From Candidatus Limnocylindria bacterium (lineage in GTDB: Bacteria; Chloroflexota; Limnocylindria; QHBO01): a stretch of 28,716 nt of DNA. Positions 7,219 to 16,360 of the stretch are shown in pieces. A model generated the notes under the pieces. The model ran no database searches, was not told where the DNA came from, and saw only the letters and a list, made by a program, of their open reading frames with translations. Position 1 is the first letter of the stretch, and every line of letters starts with the position of its first letter. Made by a program: the position numbers and the translations under genes. The stretch lies in NCBI GenBank assembly GCA_051004475.1, contig JBPCKH010000118.1:1-28716 (forward strand), given 5' to 3'.

Positions 7219-8031
7219 ATGACGCGCGGCCCGAGCCCGCAGAAGCGTGCGGCCGATCGGCGAAAACGCCGGCGCCTCACCGACGTGGTGCTCGAGCGGC
7301 TCGGCGAACGCTATGACCATCCGACCTGGGTCGGGCCGAGGGTGGACGCGGTGAGCGAGCTGGTGCTCACCATCTTGAGCCAGAACACGGCCGACACGAA
7401 TTCGTTCCGTGCCTTCAGCGCCCTGCGTGAGCGGTATCCGACCTGGGATGACGCGCTCGCGGCGCCGACCGATGAGCTGGAGGACGTCATTCGGCCTGGC
7501 GGCCTGGCTCCGACAAAGTCGAAGCGCATCCAGCACGCGCTGGCCGAGGTCCATGCGGCAACGGCGGGCACCTGGGATCTGGCGTTCCTGTGCACGATGC
7601 CGCTGCTCGAGGCTCGTGAGTGGCTCACCGCCCTGCCGGGGATCGGCCGCAAGACGGCCGCGATCATCCTGCTGTTCAACTTCGGTCGACCGCAGCTGCC
7701 GGTCGACACGCACGTGCACCGGGTGGCGTCTCGCCTGGGAATGCTGGCGCCGAGGACACCCCTCGCGCGGGCGCACGATCTTCTCGAGGAGGTGCTTCAA
7801 GCCGATGAGATGTATCCGTTCCATGTTGAGCTCATACGCCATGGCCGCGACACGTGTCGGGCACCTCGCCCCATCTGCGGGCTCTGCCCGTTGACCGACA
7901 TCTGCCCCTATTACACCGATGCGATCCGCGGCCGCGCGCCGATGGCGCCCGTCCCTAGGGCCTCACCTGACCCGGACGCTCCGCCACGATTCCACGACGA
8001 GCTGATCCACGGCTACCTGCCCCCTGATTAG
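7219..8031 (+). CDS. Endonuclease III-family HhH-GPD DNA glycosylase with 4Fe-4S motif
   Basis: ELVLTILSQNT, LPGIGRKTA (HhH Lys), PVDTHV (catalytic Asp), CRAPRPICGLCPLTDIC. Confidence 0.92.
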   Translation: MTRGPSPQKRAADRRKRRRLTDVVLERLGERYDHPTWVGPRVDAVSELVLTILSQNTADTNSFRAFSALRERYPTWDDALAAPTDELEDVIRPGGLAPTKSKRIQHALAEVHAATAGTWDLAFLCTMPLLEAREWLTALPGIGRKTAAIILLFNFGRPQLPVDTHVHRVASRLGMLAPRTPLARAHDLLEEVLQADEMYPFHVELIRHGRDTCRAPRPICGLCPLTDICPYYTDAIRGRAPMAPVPRASPDPDAPPRFHDELIHGYLPPD

Positions 8032-8340
8032 CGCTCTCCGCCCCTCCACGTGTGTCGGGCGATTCGCACAACGTGCGCTATGGCGTTCACTATCGAGTCG
8101 TGCGCCTCCGTCCGGAACATTGAGCGCATGTGTGAGTATTGGATGGCCGAATCGAGGGTCTCAGGGCGAATCCACGCTCGCGCGATCCCCGGATTCGACG
8201 CAGCTCCCACTCAATTTGCGCCAGGCCGCACATTGTTCGAGCTTGAGCTTGGGTGCCGATCAGATGTCGCCGATCCCGCCTCCGGGGCATCGATAAGCTA
8301 AACTGCCTCGTGATCATGGAGCCATGCGTTCCGCGTGCGG

Positions 8341-8416
8341 GCCGAGATAGCTCAGTTGGTAGAGCAGGGCTTTCGTAAAGCTCAGGTCGCGAGTTCGAGT
8401 CTCGCTCTCGGCTCCA
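8341..8416 (+). tRNA. tRNA-Thr(CGT)
   Basis: Cloverleaf: acceptor gccgaga/tctcggc, anticodon stem gggct/agctc with loop ttCGTaa, T-loop ttcgagt, encoded CCA. A TAAACT -10-like hexamer lies at 8299-8304. Confidence 0.97.
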
Positions 8417-8423
8417 TTCCTAA

Positions 8424-9464
8424 TCAGACGACGAGATCATGCGTGACCTCGTCGATGGTGCGACTGCCGGAGAGCGCCATCGCCAGCGCCAGCTCGTCGC
8501 GCAGCATCGCCATCACCCGCTGGACGCCCTCCGCGCCACCGACCGCGAGGCCCCACAGCACCGGACGTCCAACTGCGATCAGGTTGGCCCCTAGCGCCAG
8601 CGCCTTGAGCACATCGATGCCGCGCCGCACGCCACCGTCCACGATGACCAGTGCCTGGCTGCTTACCGCCTCGGCAATCTCCGGCAGCGCGTCAGCGCTG
8701 GCGATCGAGGAGTCGAGCTGGCGGCCACCGTGGTTGCTGACCCAGATGCCGTCGCAGCCAGCCTCGATCGCTCGCATGGCGTCATCGGCGCGCAGGACGC
8801 CTTTCGCGATCAGCGGGATCGGGCAGACGGAGCGCAGCCACCCGAGCGTGTCCCAGTCCATGGTCGGCAGCACCACGACGCCGGTCTCTGGATCGACCGG
8901 CTGATCCGCCGGCAGGTGTATGCCGAGCTGAACCTCGAAGCCAGTGCGCAGGTCACGCTCGCGGTTTCCCGGCAGCGGCAGGTCGACGGTGACTGCCACC
9001 GCGGAATAGCCCGCATCGGCCGCGCGCTGTACGAGGGTCGCGCAGTGGTCGCGATCGGTCGGTGCGTAAAGCTGGAACCAGCGAGGAGCGTCGGGAGCGG
9101 CGGCGGCCACGTCCTCCATCGGTCTCGAAGCGATGGTTGAGAGCGTCATGAGCGCTCCGGCGGCTGCCGCCCCGCGCGCGGTTGCCACCTCCGCGTCGGG
9201 ATGAGCGAGGACGTGTGCGGCGGTCGGCGCCACGATGACCGGGTGGTCGAGGGCTACGCCGAACGCGGTCGTTGCGAGGCGCACCGCGGACACATCCACG
9301 AGCACGCGCGGCCGGAGGCGGAGGCGGCTCCAGGCGTTCCGGTTGTCGGCCAAGGTCAGCTCGTCACCGGCGCCCCCGGCGTAGTAATCCCAGGACGCGG
9401 GCTCCATCCGGGAACGAGCGAGCCGCTCGAACTCGGCGATCGTGATCGGGGCGTCATCGGTCAT
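8424..9464 (-). CDS. FMN-dependent alpha-hydroxy acid oxidase/dehydrogenase (lactate/glycolate oxidase family)
   Basis: WDYYAGGAGDE, LRPRVLVDVS, APTA, WFQLY, TVDLP, IAKGV, VSNHGGRQLD, DGGVRRGIDVLKALALGA, GRP. ATG at 9464. Confidence 0.95.
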   Translation of the reverse strand: MTDDAPITIAEFERLARSRMEPASWDYYAGGAGDELTLADNRNAWSRLRLRPRVLVDVSAVRLATTAFGVALDHPVIVAPTAAHVLAHPDAEVATARGAAAAGALMTLSTIASRPMEDVAAAAPDAPRWFQLYAPTDRDHCATLVQRAADAGYSAVAVTVDLPLPGNRERDLRTGFEVQLGIHLPADQPVDPETGVVVLPTMDWDTLGWLRSVCPIPLIAKGVLRADDAMRAIEAGCDGIWVSNHGGRQLDSSIASADALPEIAEAVSSQALVIVDGGVRRGIDVLKALALGANLIAVGRPVLWGLAVGGAEGVQRVMAMLRDELALAMALSGSRTIDEVTHDLVV

Positions 9465-9498
9465 GCGAGGGTGATGATGCCACTCGCGAGGCCCCACA

Positions 9499-10458
9499 AT
9501 GAGCGGCATGCAACGTCCCGCCGCCATCCTGCTCGGCCTCGCGGTCGTCGTGCTCGGCGCCGTGATCGGCTTCCTCCTCTTCTCCTCGCCCGAAGAACCG
9601 GTCCCGGAGCCATCACCGACCGTCTCGGTGATCGCAGAGCCGTCGCCATCCACGTCGGCGTCGGCTGGTGCTTCTCTGAAGGCTGATCTGCTGGACCGGC
9701 GCTGGACCGTCCTCTACGTCGGGACCGATGTGGACGAGGCGCGCGAATCCAGGGAGGAGCCGGTGAACGCCGATGCACTCATGGTCATCAGTCTGTCGGC
9801 CGATCAGTCCCAGCTGACCCTGGTCTCGCTGCCGCGAGACACCGTGGATGTGCCGCTCGCGGATGGAGGAAGCTGGGACAGCAAGATCAACAGCCTCTAC
9901 CGGGAACGAGGCATCGAAGCGCTGGTGGGGGCCATGGAGACGCTCTATGGCGTTCCGATCGACGCGCACGTCGTCTTCGACATGGACGATTTCGCGGGGC
10001 TGGTCGAGGCGGTAGGCGGCATCGCGGTCTCGCCACCGGAACCGATCCTCGACCCCATCGTGAGCCTCGACCTGCCCGCGGGCCTGCAGGGGCTGGATGG
10101 CCCGACGACGCTCGGCTACGTCCGCACCCGGATCGACCAGGACTATGGCCGCATGGGCCGCCAGCAGGAGGTCGTCGTGTCTCTGCTGGACGCGCTCCTG
10201 AACTCCGAGACAGACTTGGATCTGCGGGCGGCGCTCGATTCATTCGACTCGCTCGAGACCGATCTACCCCTCGACGATCTGGAAACCCTGCTCGAGCTCG
10301 CGCGGCGCGCGTCCGACGCAGAGGTGCGTGCCATCCTCATCGAGCCGCCGCTCATCACGTTCGAGGGCGATCGCGGTGACGGCAGGGGCTACGTCTTGGA
10401 GCCGGACATCGAGGCTATTCGCGCCGAGGTGCAGGAACAGGAACTCATCGGCGAATAG
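9499..10458 (+). CDS. LytR-CpsA-Psr (LCP) family cell-wall ligase/phosphotransferase
   Basis: N-terminal TM helix, VLYVGTD, NADALMV, SLPRDT, KINSLY, LGYVRTRIDQDYGRMGRQQ. Start is 9499 or 9508. Confidence 0.93.
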   Translation: MSGMQRPAAILLGLAVVVLGAVIGFLLFSSPEEPVPEPSPTVSVIAEPSPSTSASAGASLKADLLDRRWTVLYVGTDVDEARESREEPVNADALMVISLSADQSQLTLVSLPRDTVDVPLADGGSWDSKINSLYRERGIEALVGAMETLYGVPIDAHVVFDMDDFAGLVEAVGGIAVSPPEPILDPIVSLDLPAGLQGLDGPTTLGYVRTRIDQDYGRMGRQQEVVVSLLDALLNSETDLDLRAALDSFDSLETDLPLDDLETLLELARRASDAEVRAILIEPPLITFEGDRGDGRGYVLEPDIEAIRAEVQEQELIGE

Positions 10459-10464
10459 TTAGCG

Positions 10465-11310
10465 CTAAGCGCAGCCGATCGGCTCGTCGGCTCGCGGCCA
10501 GCGCTCGACGCCGTCCGGGGTGACCACGTAGGCAGCGCGGTCTTCCGGCGTGAACCACAGCTCAAGGCCATCTTCCGTGCGGTATCCGCTGTACGACGCA
10601 TTCTCTGGAAGCTTGACGCCCTCGGCGAAGGTGTCGAGGAGCGCCGGCACGTCGCTGAAGACGCCGAACGGGTCGCGCAGGTACTGCCTGGCGAGGGTTC
10701 CGTCGTCGTTCGAAACGTGAAGCATTCGAGCGCTCTCCCATCCGCAGTGCTCAGGCCCCGCGATGTCGGTCAGGATCTCGCCAGTTCCCGCGTGCGCCCA
10801 TGTCCGCTGATGGGGACCGAGATCGACCGCGGCACCGTACTCGGACGGATCGCAGGTGCGCATCTCCTCGATCGTGAATCTGGCGTCGCCGACCATCTCG
10901 CTGAATCGTGGCGAGATGACGACCACCACCTTCTTCCTGCCGTCCACCTCGTACGCGTAGACGCTGCGATTCCCGATTGCGCCAAGCGCCCGGTAGCCGG
11001 AGCGCGGGATGGTGAACGGGTTGGCCTCGATCCATGCCGTGAACCCTTCGTCGGCCGTGAATCCAGCACCGCCGAGGCCGAAATCATCGGCGAAGCCTCC
11101 CATCGGCGACACGGGACCGTCGCAATCGAGGAGGTCAGCAGCGCTCTCCGGCACGGGCGACGGAGCGGTCGACGACGTGGCAGCCGTCGTCGATCCAGCC
11201 AGTGCCGATGATGCCGGAGGAGTTGTTGAAGTCGACGGGCTGCCGCTCCCGGCGGGAGTCGAGCACCCCACGATCACCAGGGCCACGGCAAGGATGGGCA
11301 GCGCCTTCAT
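10465..11310 (-). CDS. Hypothetical lipoprotein
   Basis: Signal peptide with lipobox IVG-C, Ser/Thr/Pro-rich linker, globular C-terminal region (GPEHCGWESA...ERWPR...IGCA). Confidence 0.75.
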   Translation of the reverse strand: MKALPILAVALVIVGCSTPAGSGSPSTSTTPPASSALAGSTTAATSSTAPSPVPESAADLLDCDGPVSPMGGFADDFGLGGAGFTADEGFTAWIEANPFTIPRSGYRALGAIGNRSVYAYEVDGRKKVVVVISPRFSEMVGDARFTIEEMRTCDPSEYGAAVDLGPHQRTWAHAGTGEILTDIAGPEHCGWESARMLHVSNDDGTLARQYLRDPFGVFSDVPALLDTFAEGVKLPENASYSGYRTEDGLELWFTPEDRAAYVVTPDGVERWPRADEPIGCA

Positions 11311-11412
11311 GGCTCGAAGACGTCGAAGGGAGGTTATCCGTTGCGCGGCACACCCCGAATCCCCCGACGACGCCTTATGGCCGCGCTCCGAACGAAGCGC
11401 GTCGTGGTGGGC

Positions 11413-12120
11413 CTAGGAGTCGGTGGAATCCTCGGGTGAAGCGGCGGCATCGCCCGTGGCGCCCTCTTCTGCGCCCTCGACATCTGCGCCCTCGCCGGTT
11501 TCGCCCTCGGCCCCTTCGGCCTCCTCGCCCTCGGCGACGACTGTCTCCGGTTCTTCCTCGACCCGCGGCGGTACCACGGTCGCGACAAGCGTGTCACCGT
11601 CGGTCATGACGGTCACGAGGTCACGGTTGAGGTTGAGGTCGCTGACGTGGATGGCGACGTCGAGGCTCTTCAGCACGGAAACGTCCACGGTGATCTCGTG
11701 CGGAATGTCGGTCGGCAGGGCCTTCACATGGATGCTCGACACGTTGTGCAGCAGCGTGCCGCCGGTCGCCTCGACGGCGGGTGCCTCACCGGTGAAGATC
11801 AGCGGGATGTCGACCTCCATCTCAACCTTGAGATTGACGAGGTAGTAGTCGACGTGGATCGCCTGGCGGCTGAGCGGATGGCGCTGGACGCTCTTGATGA
11901 ACCCACTCGTCGCCCGGCTCGATCCGGGGAGGCGGAATTTCACGACCGAGGTCTTGCCGGCGGCCCGGTAGAGGGTCTCGAAGGTCTTGGCGTCGACCTG
12001 GACGTTGGTCGAGTCTTCGCCCTTGCCGTAGACAACGCCTGGCACGAAGCCCTCGCGGCGGAGCCGCTTGTTGGCCTTGCCCTGCGCCTCACGCGCGTCG
12101 AGGGTGAGCTCCAGGTCCAT
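11413..12120 (-). CDS. rplY: 50S ribosomal protein L25 / general stress protein Ctc (long form, acidic tail)
   Basis: KRLRREGFVPGVVYG, QRHP, IHVDYY, VEVDIPL-type segment (MEVDIPL), ALPTDIPHEITVDVS, IHVSDL. TACCAT -10-like hexamer at 12211-12216 on the minus strand. Confidence 0.96.
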   Translation of the reverse strand: MDLELTLDAREAQGKANKRLRREGFVPGVVYGKGEDSTNVQVDAKTFETLYRAAGKTSVVKFRLPGSSRATSGFIKSVQRHPLSRQAIHVDYYLVNLKVEMEVDIPLIFTGEAPAVEATGGTLLHNVSSIHVKALPTDIPHEITVDVSVLKSLDVAIHVSDLNLNRDLVTVMTDGDTLVATVVPPRVEEEPETVVAEGEEAEGAEGETGEGADVEGAEEGATGDAAASPEDSTDS

Positions 12121-12282
12121 GGTGGTGGTGATTCCTCTCTGGCGGTCGGGCGCCTCGGACCGATGCGGGCAGCGCCGAACTGATCGAATGCGCAGTGCGC
12201 GCGAAGCGGAATGGTACCGCGCGTGGATGGGCTGGGCAAGCAGCCCGCTTCGAACGAATGATTGACGATGTGCGTATCAGCT

Positions 12283-12709
12283 TTGAAGAGCATCAAATTC
12301 GCCGTGCTGATGCCCGCACGATCCGCGGTCGCGAGTGCGTCGCTGGCGATCGTTGCCGGCTGAGCCATTGAAGGTCACCGCGATCGACGAGGCGACGGTG
12401 TACGTGCGCTATCGGAACTCGTTCGCCCTGACATGACCGATGCACGCGAGCTGCTCGGCGCCGCAGCCGTGGACCGGCTCATCCTGGACCTGCGCCAGAA
12501 CCCCGGAGGAGAACGACGTACGCTGGGTCGCGCTGGACGCCCTTCCGGTGCCGATGCGGGTCGGCGTGGGCACCCGCTACTGGCAATTCGCCACCGTTGA
12601 CGATCCGCGCCTCACGATCAAGCCGGACGTCGAGGTGCCGGTCGCCGCGGCCGACTTCTTCGGCGGCATCGACGCGGCGCTCGATGCCGCCCTGGCGCAC
12701 GAACGTTAA
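12283..12709 (+). pseudogene. Decayed, internally deleted S41-family peptidase remnant
   Basis: Fragments in two frames: signal-like SLAIVAG* (TGA 12361-12363), TVYVRYRN, DRLILDLRQNPGG (S41 signature, 12478-12510), then a shift to VGTRYWQFATVDDPRLTIKPDVEVPVAAADFFGGIDAALDAAL. No catalytic Ser region is present. Confidence 0.65.
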
Positions 12710-12758
12710 GGCTTCTTCAGGCGACTGCTATCAAGTGCGGCGCGCCAGTTCCTATACT
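12706..12758 (+). promoter_or_regulatory. Candidate response-regulator direct-repeat box plus -10 element (leaderless RR transcript)
   Basis: TTAAG-n5-TTCAG (12706-12720), then TATACT (12753-12758) 7 nt before ATG 12766, with no SD sequence. Confidence 0.5.
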
Positions 12759-12765
12759 GGCCTGC

Positions 12766-13464
12766 ATGACCGGCACGATCATGATCGTTGAAGATGAGCC
12801 CGCGGTTGCACGTGGCGTCCAGGTGGCACTCGAGCGCGAGGGGTACGCGGTGAGCGTCCAGCCGACCGGCGAGGATGCCCTCGCCAGCTTCCCCGACATC
12901 GCGCCCGACCTCGTCGTCCTCGACGTGCGACTGCCCGGCATCGACGGCTTCGAGGTGCTGCGCCAACTGCGTCGCGAGACGCGCGCCCCCGTCCTCTTCC
13001 TGACCGCTCGCTCGGACGAGATCGACAAGGTGGTGGGCCTCGAGATGGGCGCTGACGATTACCTCGTCAAGCCGTTCAGCGTCCGTGAGCTGGTCAGCCG
13101 CATCAAAGCACTCCTGCGCCGCGCCTATGGCGAGCTTGCCGATACCGAGACCGGGCGCACGCTGCGCCGTAAAAACCTGGTGATCGACCTCGAGCGGCGG
13201 CGGGTGACGCGTGATGGCGAGCGGATCGGCCTGACCACGACGGAATTCGACCTGCTCCGCCACCTTGCGGCGCGGCCCGGCCGCGTCTACACGCGCGGGC
13301 AGCTGCTCGAGCTGGTACGCGACTACGACGATGCGCTCGAGCAGGACGAGCGGACGATCAATGTGCATATCAGCCATATCCGCGACAAGATCGAGCCCGA
13401 TCCGGTCCAGCCCCGCTACATCCGAACGGTGAGGGGCGTCGGGTATGCCTTCGCCGAGGACTGA
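12766..13464 (+). CDS. OmpR/PhoB-family response regulator
   Basis: IVEDE, VVLDVRLPGIDG (phospho-Asp), LTARSDE, GADDYLVKPFS, winged helix LTTTEFDLL...RTINVHISHIRDKIE...IRTVRGVGY. Confidence 0.97.
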   Translation: MTGTIMIVEDEPAVARGVQVALEREGYAVSVQPTGEDALASFPDIAPDLVVLDVRLPGIDGFEVLRQLRRETRAPVLFLTARSDEIDKVVGLEMGADDYLVKPFSVRELVSRIKALLRRAYGELADTETGRTLRRKNLVIDLERRRVTRDGERIGLTTTEFDLLRHLAARPGRVYTRGQLLELVRDYDDALEQDERTINVHISHIRDKIEPDPVQPRYIRTVRGVGYAFAED

Positions 13465-15016
13465 GGCACCGACCGAGTCGCAGCGTCCGGAGGCGACTGG
13501 ACGGCTTCACCTGCCGCGCGGCTGGGCGGCGGTCTTCCAGCGGCTCAACACCCGCCTCGTGCTCGCGATTGGCTCCGTTGCGCTGGTCGGGCTCATCGTT
13601 TCGGCGGTTGCCATCAACCAGATCCTGCCCGGATACTTCTCGGAGCAGACGACGGAGCGCCTCGAGACCGCCGGACAGGGAACAGGCCTGCTGATGCTCC
13701 AGTTCACGACGACCGCGGTCGCCAATGACCTTCCGGGCTTTGTCGAGGTTGCCGAGCTGCGCACGAGGGAGATCGTCCGGCCAGCCGTGGAGCTGGCGAC
13801 CCGGTTCATCCTGCCGGCGACGTATGCGGTCTTCAACGAGAGTGGACAACAGGTCGCGTTGACTGCCCCGGACAACATCGCGGAGCTCGAGTCGCGGGGC
13901 CTGAGCGCCGACCCGGTCGCGCCGGTGCGCATTCCGGTCACGATCGATCTGCCGAGCGGAGGTACGGCTCGATACGAGCTCGTCGTCTCGCAACCGTACA
14001 CCTCGCGGCAGGCGACCCTCAATCAGATCCGGTCGGCAATCTTCGGTGCCGGGTTGTTCGCCCTGCTCGCGGCGGTCGTCTTCGGGGTCATTGCCGCGCG
14101 ACGGGTGACGGCGCCGATCCATCGGCTTCGCGGGGTGGCCGGCCGCGTCGCGCAGGGTCAGCTCGACGAGCGTGCCACCGCGTCGGGCGTGCTCGAGGTT
14201 GACGAGCTCTCTGCACAGTTCAATGTCATGGCGGATCGGCTCTCCGGCACCCTTCGCATGCTCGAGGCAGACCGCGATCGCCTGCGCGAGTTCGTGGCTG
14301 ACGTGAGCCATGAGCTGCGGACTCCCATCGCGGCGCTGCGCATGTACACCGAGCTCCAGAGCCACGGCGAGGTCGACGAGGCCACCCGAGCCGAGTTCCT
14401 GGAACGCTCGACCGAACAGATCGGGCGCCTCGAGTGGTTGAGCACGAACCTCCTCGATCTGTCGCGGATCGACGCGGGGATCTTCCCGCTCGACATGCGC
14501 ACCGGCGACCTGCGCGATCCCATCCAGGCGGTGGTGCAGGCGCTCTCGGACGTGGCGGTGGCGCGCGGGATCAGCCTGGAGAGCCTTGTGCCGGCGGAAC
14601 CGGTGGAGATTCGCTTCGACCGCGAGCGAATCGTCCAGCTTCTCACCAACCTGGTCGGTAACGCCCTGAAGTTCACGCAGCGCGGTGGTGCCGTGTCGGT
14701 CCGGCTTTCGGATGGTGACGAGCCAGCGACGATCGAGGTACGCGACACCGGACCCGGCATTCCGGCCGACGAGCTGCCTCGTGTCTTCGAGCGGTTCTAT
14801 CGTGGTACGAACACCGGGGATGCTCGCGCCTCCGGCAGCGGCCTGGGCCTGGCGATCGTCCGTTCGATCGTCGACATGCACGGGGGCGAGATCGACGTGG
14901 CCAGCATCGTTGGTGAAGGCACTTCGTTCGTGATCACGCTCTTTGGTCCACCCACGAAGGTCAACGAAACTTCACGCGTCGGCCAACCTGCGCGCAATGC
15001 GGACGCCCTAGCGTAA
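13445..15016 (+). CDS. Membrane sensor histidine kinase (2 TM, HAMP, HisKA, HATPase)
   Basis: SHELRTP, NLVGNALKF, DTGPGI, FERFYR, GSGLGLAIV. Overlaps the RR 3' end; exact start uncertain. Confidence 0.96.
   Translation: MPSPRTEAPTESQRPEATGRLHLPRGWAAVFQRLNTRLVLAIGSVALVGLIVSAVAINQILPGYFSEQTTERLETAGQGTGLLMLQFTTTAVANDLPGFVEVAELRTREIVRPAVELATRFILPATYAVFNESGQQVALTAPDNIAELESRGLSADPVAPVRIPVTIDLPSGGTARYELVVSQPYTSRQATLNQIRSAIFGAGLFALLAAVVFGVIAARRVTAPIHRLRGVAGRVAQGQLDERATASGVLEVDELSAQFNVMADRLSGTLRMLEADRDRLREFVADVSHELRTPIAALRMYTELQSHGEVDEATRAEFLERSTEQIGRLEWLSTNLLDLSRIDAGIFPLDMRTGDLRDPIQAVVQALSDVAVARGISLESLVPAEPVEIRFDRERIVQLLTNLVGNALKFTQRGGAVSVRLSDGDEPATIEVRDTGPGIPADELPRVFERFYRGTNTGDARASGSGLGLAIVRSIVDMHGGEIDVASIVGEGTSFVITLFGPPTKVNETSRVGQPARNADALA
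14960..15014 (+). promoter_or_regulatory. Candidate response-regulator box plus -10 element for htrA, inside the HK 3' end
   Basis: GTCAAC-n5-TTCAC (14960-14975), then TAGCGT (15009-15014). The box-to--10 distance is 33 nt, versus 32 nt at the RR promoter. Confidence 0.4.
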
Positions 15017-15061
15017 TTGTTGCCCGCCCGGCGAGGCACCACCTACCAGGAACAGGAACCG

Positions 15062-16351
15062 ATGACGACCAACGATTCGAATCGAACGACTGACGGCGAC
15101 CGCAACCCGACCGAGCCGGTCGAGGTTCAGCGCTACGGTCCCACCCCGCCGCGGGACTCACGGCCGGCGGGCTGGCAGGCAGCGCCCGCCTGGAGCAGCC
15201 GGCAGGCACACGTCACCACGGCACCACCGCCGCGCCGCGGCCCGGCAGTGATGCCCATCGTCGCCATTGCGGTGGTGGCCGGCATCGTGTCGGGCGCCCT
15301 CTCGGCGGCCGCCGTGTCGAGCATGCTGCGGGAGCCGTCTGCGCCTGTCGGCCAGGTGGCGGCAACCCCCGGCGCCGACAACGTCAGTGATGTGCGCATC
15401 GACGAATCGAGCGCAGTCATCGAAGCGGTCGACGAGGTCACGCCCGCGGTGGTGACGATTCAGGCGGAGGGCGGTGGCCTGCTCGGCAGCGCGAGCGGCA
15501 CGGGGTCCGGCTTCATCTACGCGGATGACGGATGGATTGTCACCAACCGTCACGTCGTGCAGGACGCCGCCGAGCTGGTGGTCGTCCTCAATGACGGTCG
15601 CCAGTTTTCGGGCGAGGTGTATGGGCTCGATACGCTCACCGACCTCGCGATCGTGAAGATCGACGCGACCGGGCTCCCCACCGCGTCGATCGGCAGCTCG
15701 GCCAATCTCGAGCCGGGCCAGGTGGCCATCGCCATCGGCAACCCAATGGGCTATGAGAACACGGTCACCACCGGCGTCGTCTCCGGCCTCGGTCGCCAAA
15801 TCCGTGCCTCTGACGCGGCGCAGACGAGCAGCGAGCAGCTCAACAACCTGATCCAGACCGATGCCGCCATCAACCCTGGCAACTCCGGCGGCCCGCTCGT
15901 CAACAGCGCCGGGCAGGTGATCGGCGTCAACACTGCCGTCAGCCAGAACGCGCAGGGTCTTGGCTTCGCGATTCCGATCGACGTTGCCAAGCCGATCATG
16001 CAGCAGGCGCTCGACGGTGTGGAGCTGGTTCGACCATGGATCGGGGTCTACTACGTGCCGATCGACCCAGCCCTTGCCGCGATCGAGGACCTCGCAGTCG
16101 ACTATGGGGCGCTGATCGGCACTGCCGACGGCAGTGGCCAGGCGGTCTTCCCGGGAAGTCCGGCCGAGGCTGCCGGGCTCCAGTCCGGAGACATCATCGT
16201 GTCAGTTGACGGTGAGCAGCTCAGCGCAGACGCCGACCTGGCGACCCTGATCCTGCCGCATGCGCCGGGAGACACGATCACCCTGCGGGTGCTGCGGGAC
16301 AGCTCGGCACGAGAGGTCGAGGTCACGCTCGGGGAGCTGCCGGACGACTGA
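15062..16351 (+). CDS. htrA: HtrA/DegP-family serine protease with TM anchor and PDZ domain
   Basis: Triad motifs TNRHVV, DLAIVK, GNSGGPL; QTDAAINP; PDZ segment GSPAEAAGLQSGDII. ATG at 15062. Confidence 0.96.
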   Translation: MTTNDSNRTTDGDRNPTEPVEVQRYGPTPPRDSRPAGWQAAPAWSSRQAHVTTAPPPRRGPAVMPIVAIAVVAGIVSGALSAAAVSSMLREPSAPVGQVAATPGADNVSDVRIDESSAVIEAVDEVTPAVVTIQAEGGGLLGSASGTGSGFIYADDGWIVTNRHVVQDAAELVVVLNDGRQFSGEVYGLDTLTDLAIVKIDATGLPTASIGSSANLEPGQVAIAIGNPMGYENTVTTGVVSGLGRQIRASDAAQTSSEQLNNLIQTDAAINPGNSGGPLVNSAGQVIGVNTAVSQNAQGLGFAIPIDVAKPIMQQALDGVELVRPWIGVYYVPIDPALAAIEDLAVDYGALIGTADGSGQAVFPGSPAEAAGLQSGDIIVSVDGEQLSADADLATLILPHAPGDTITLRVLRDSSAREVEVTLGELPDD

Positions 16352-16360
16352 GCCGGTCCC

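Noticed and set aside
12121-12210. L25 autoregulatory leader RNA upstream of rplY
   Set aside because: Only a weak hairpin is visible; it cannot be supported without covariation data.
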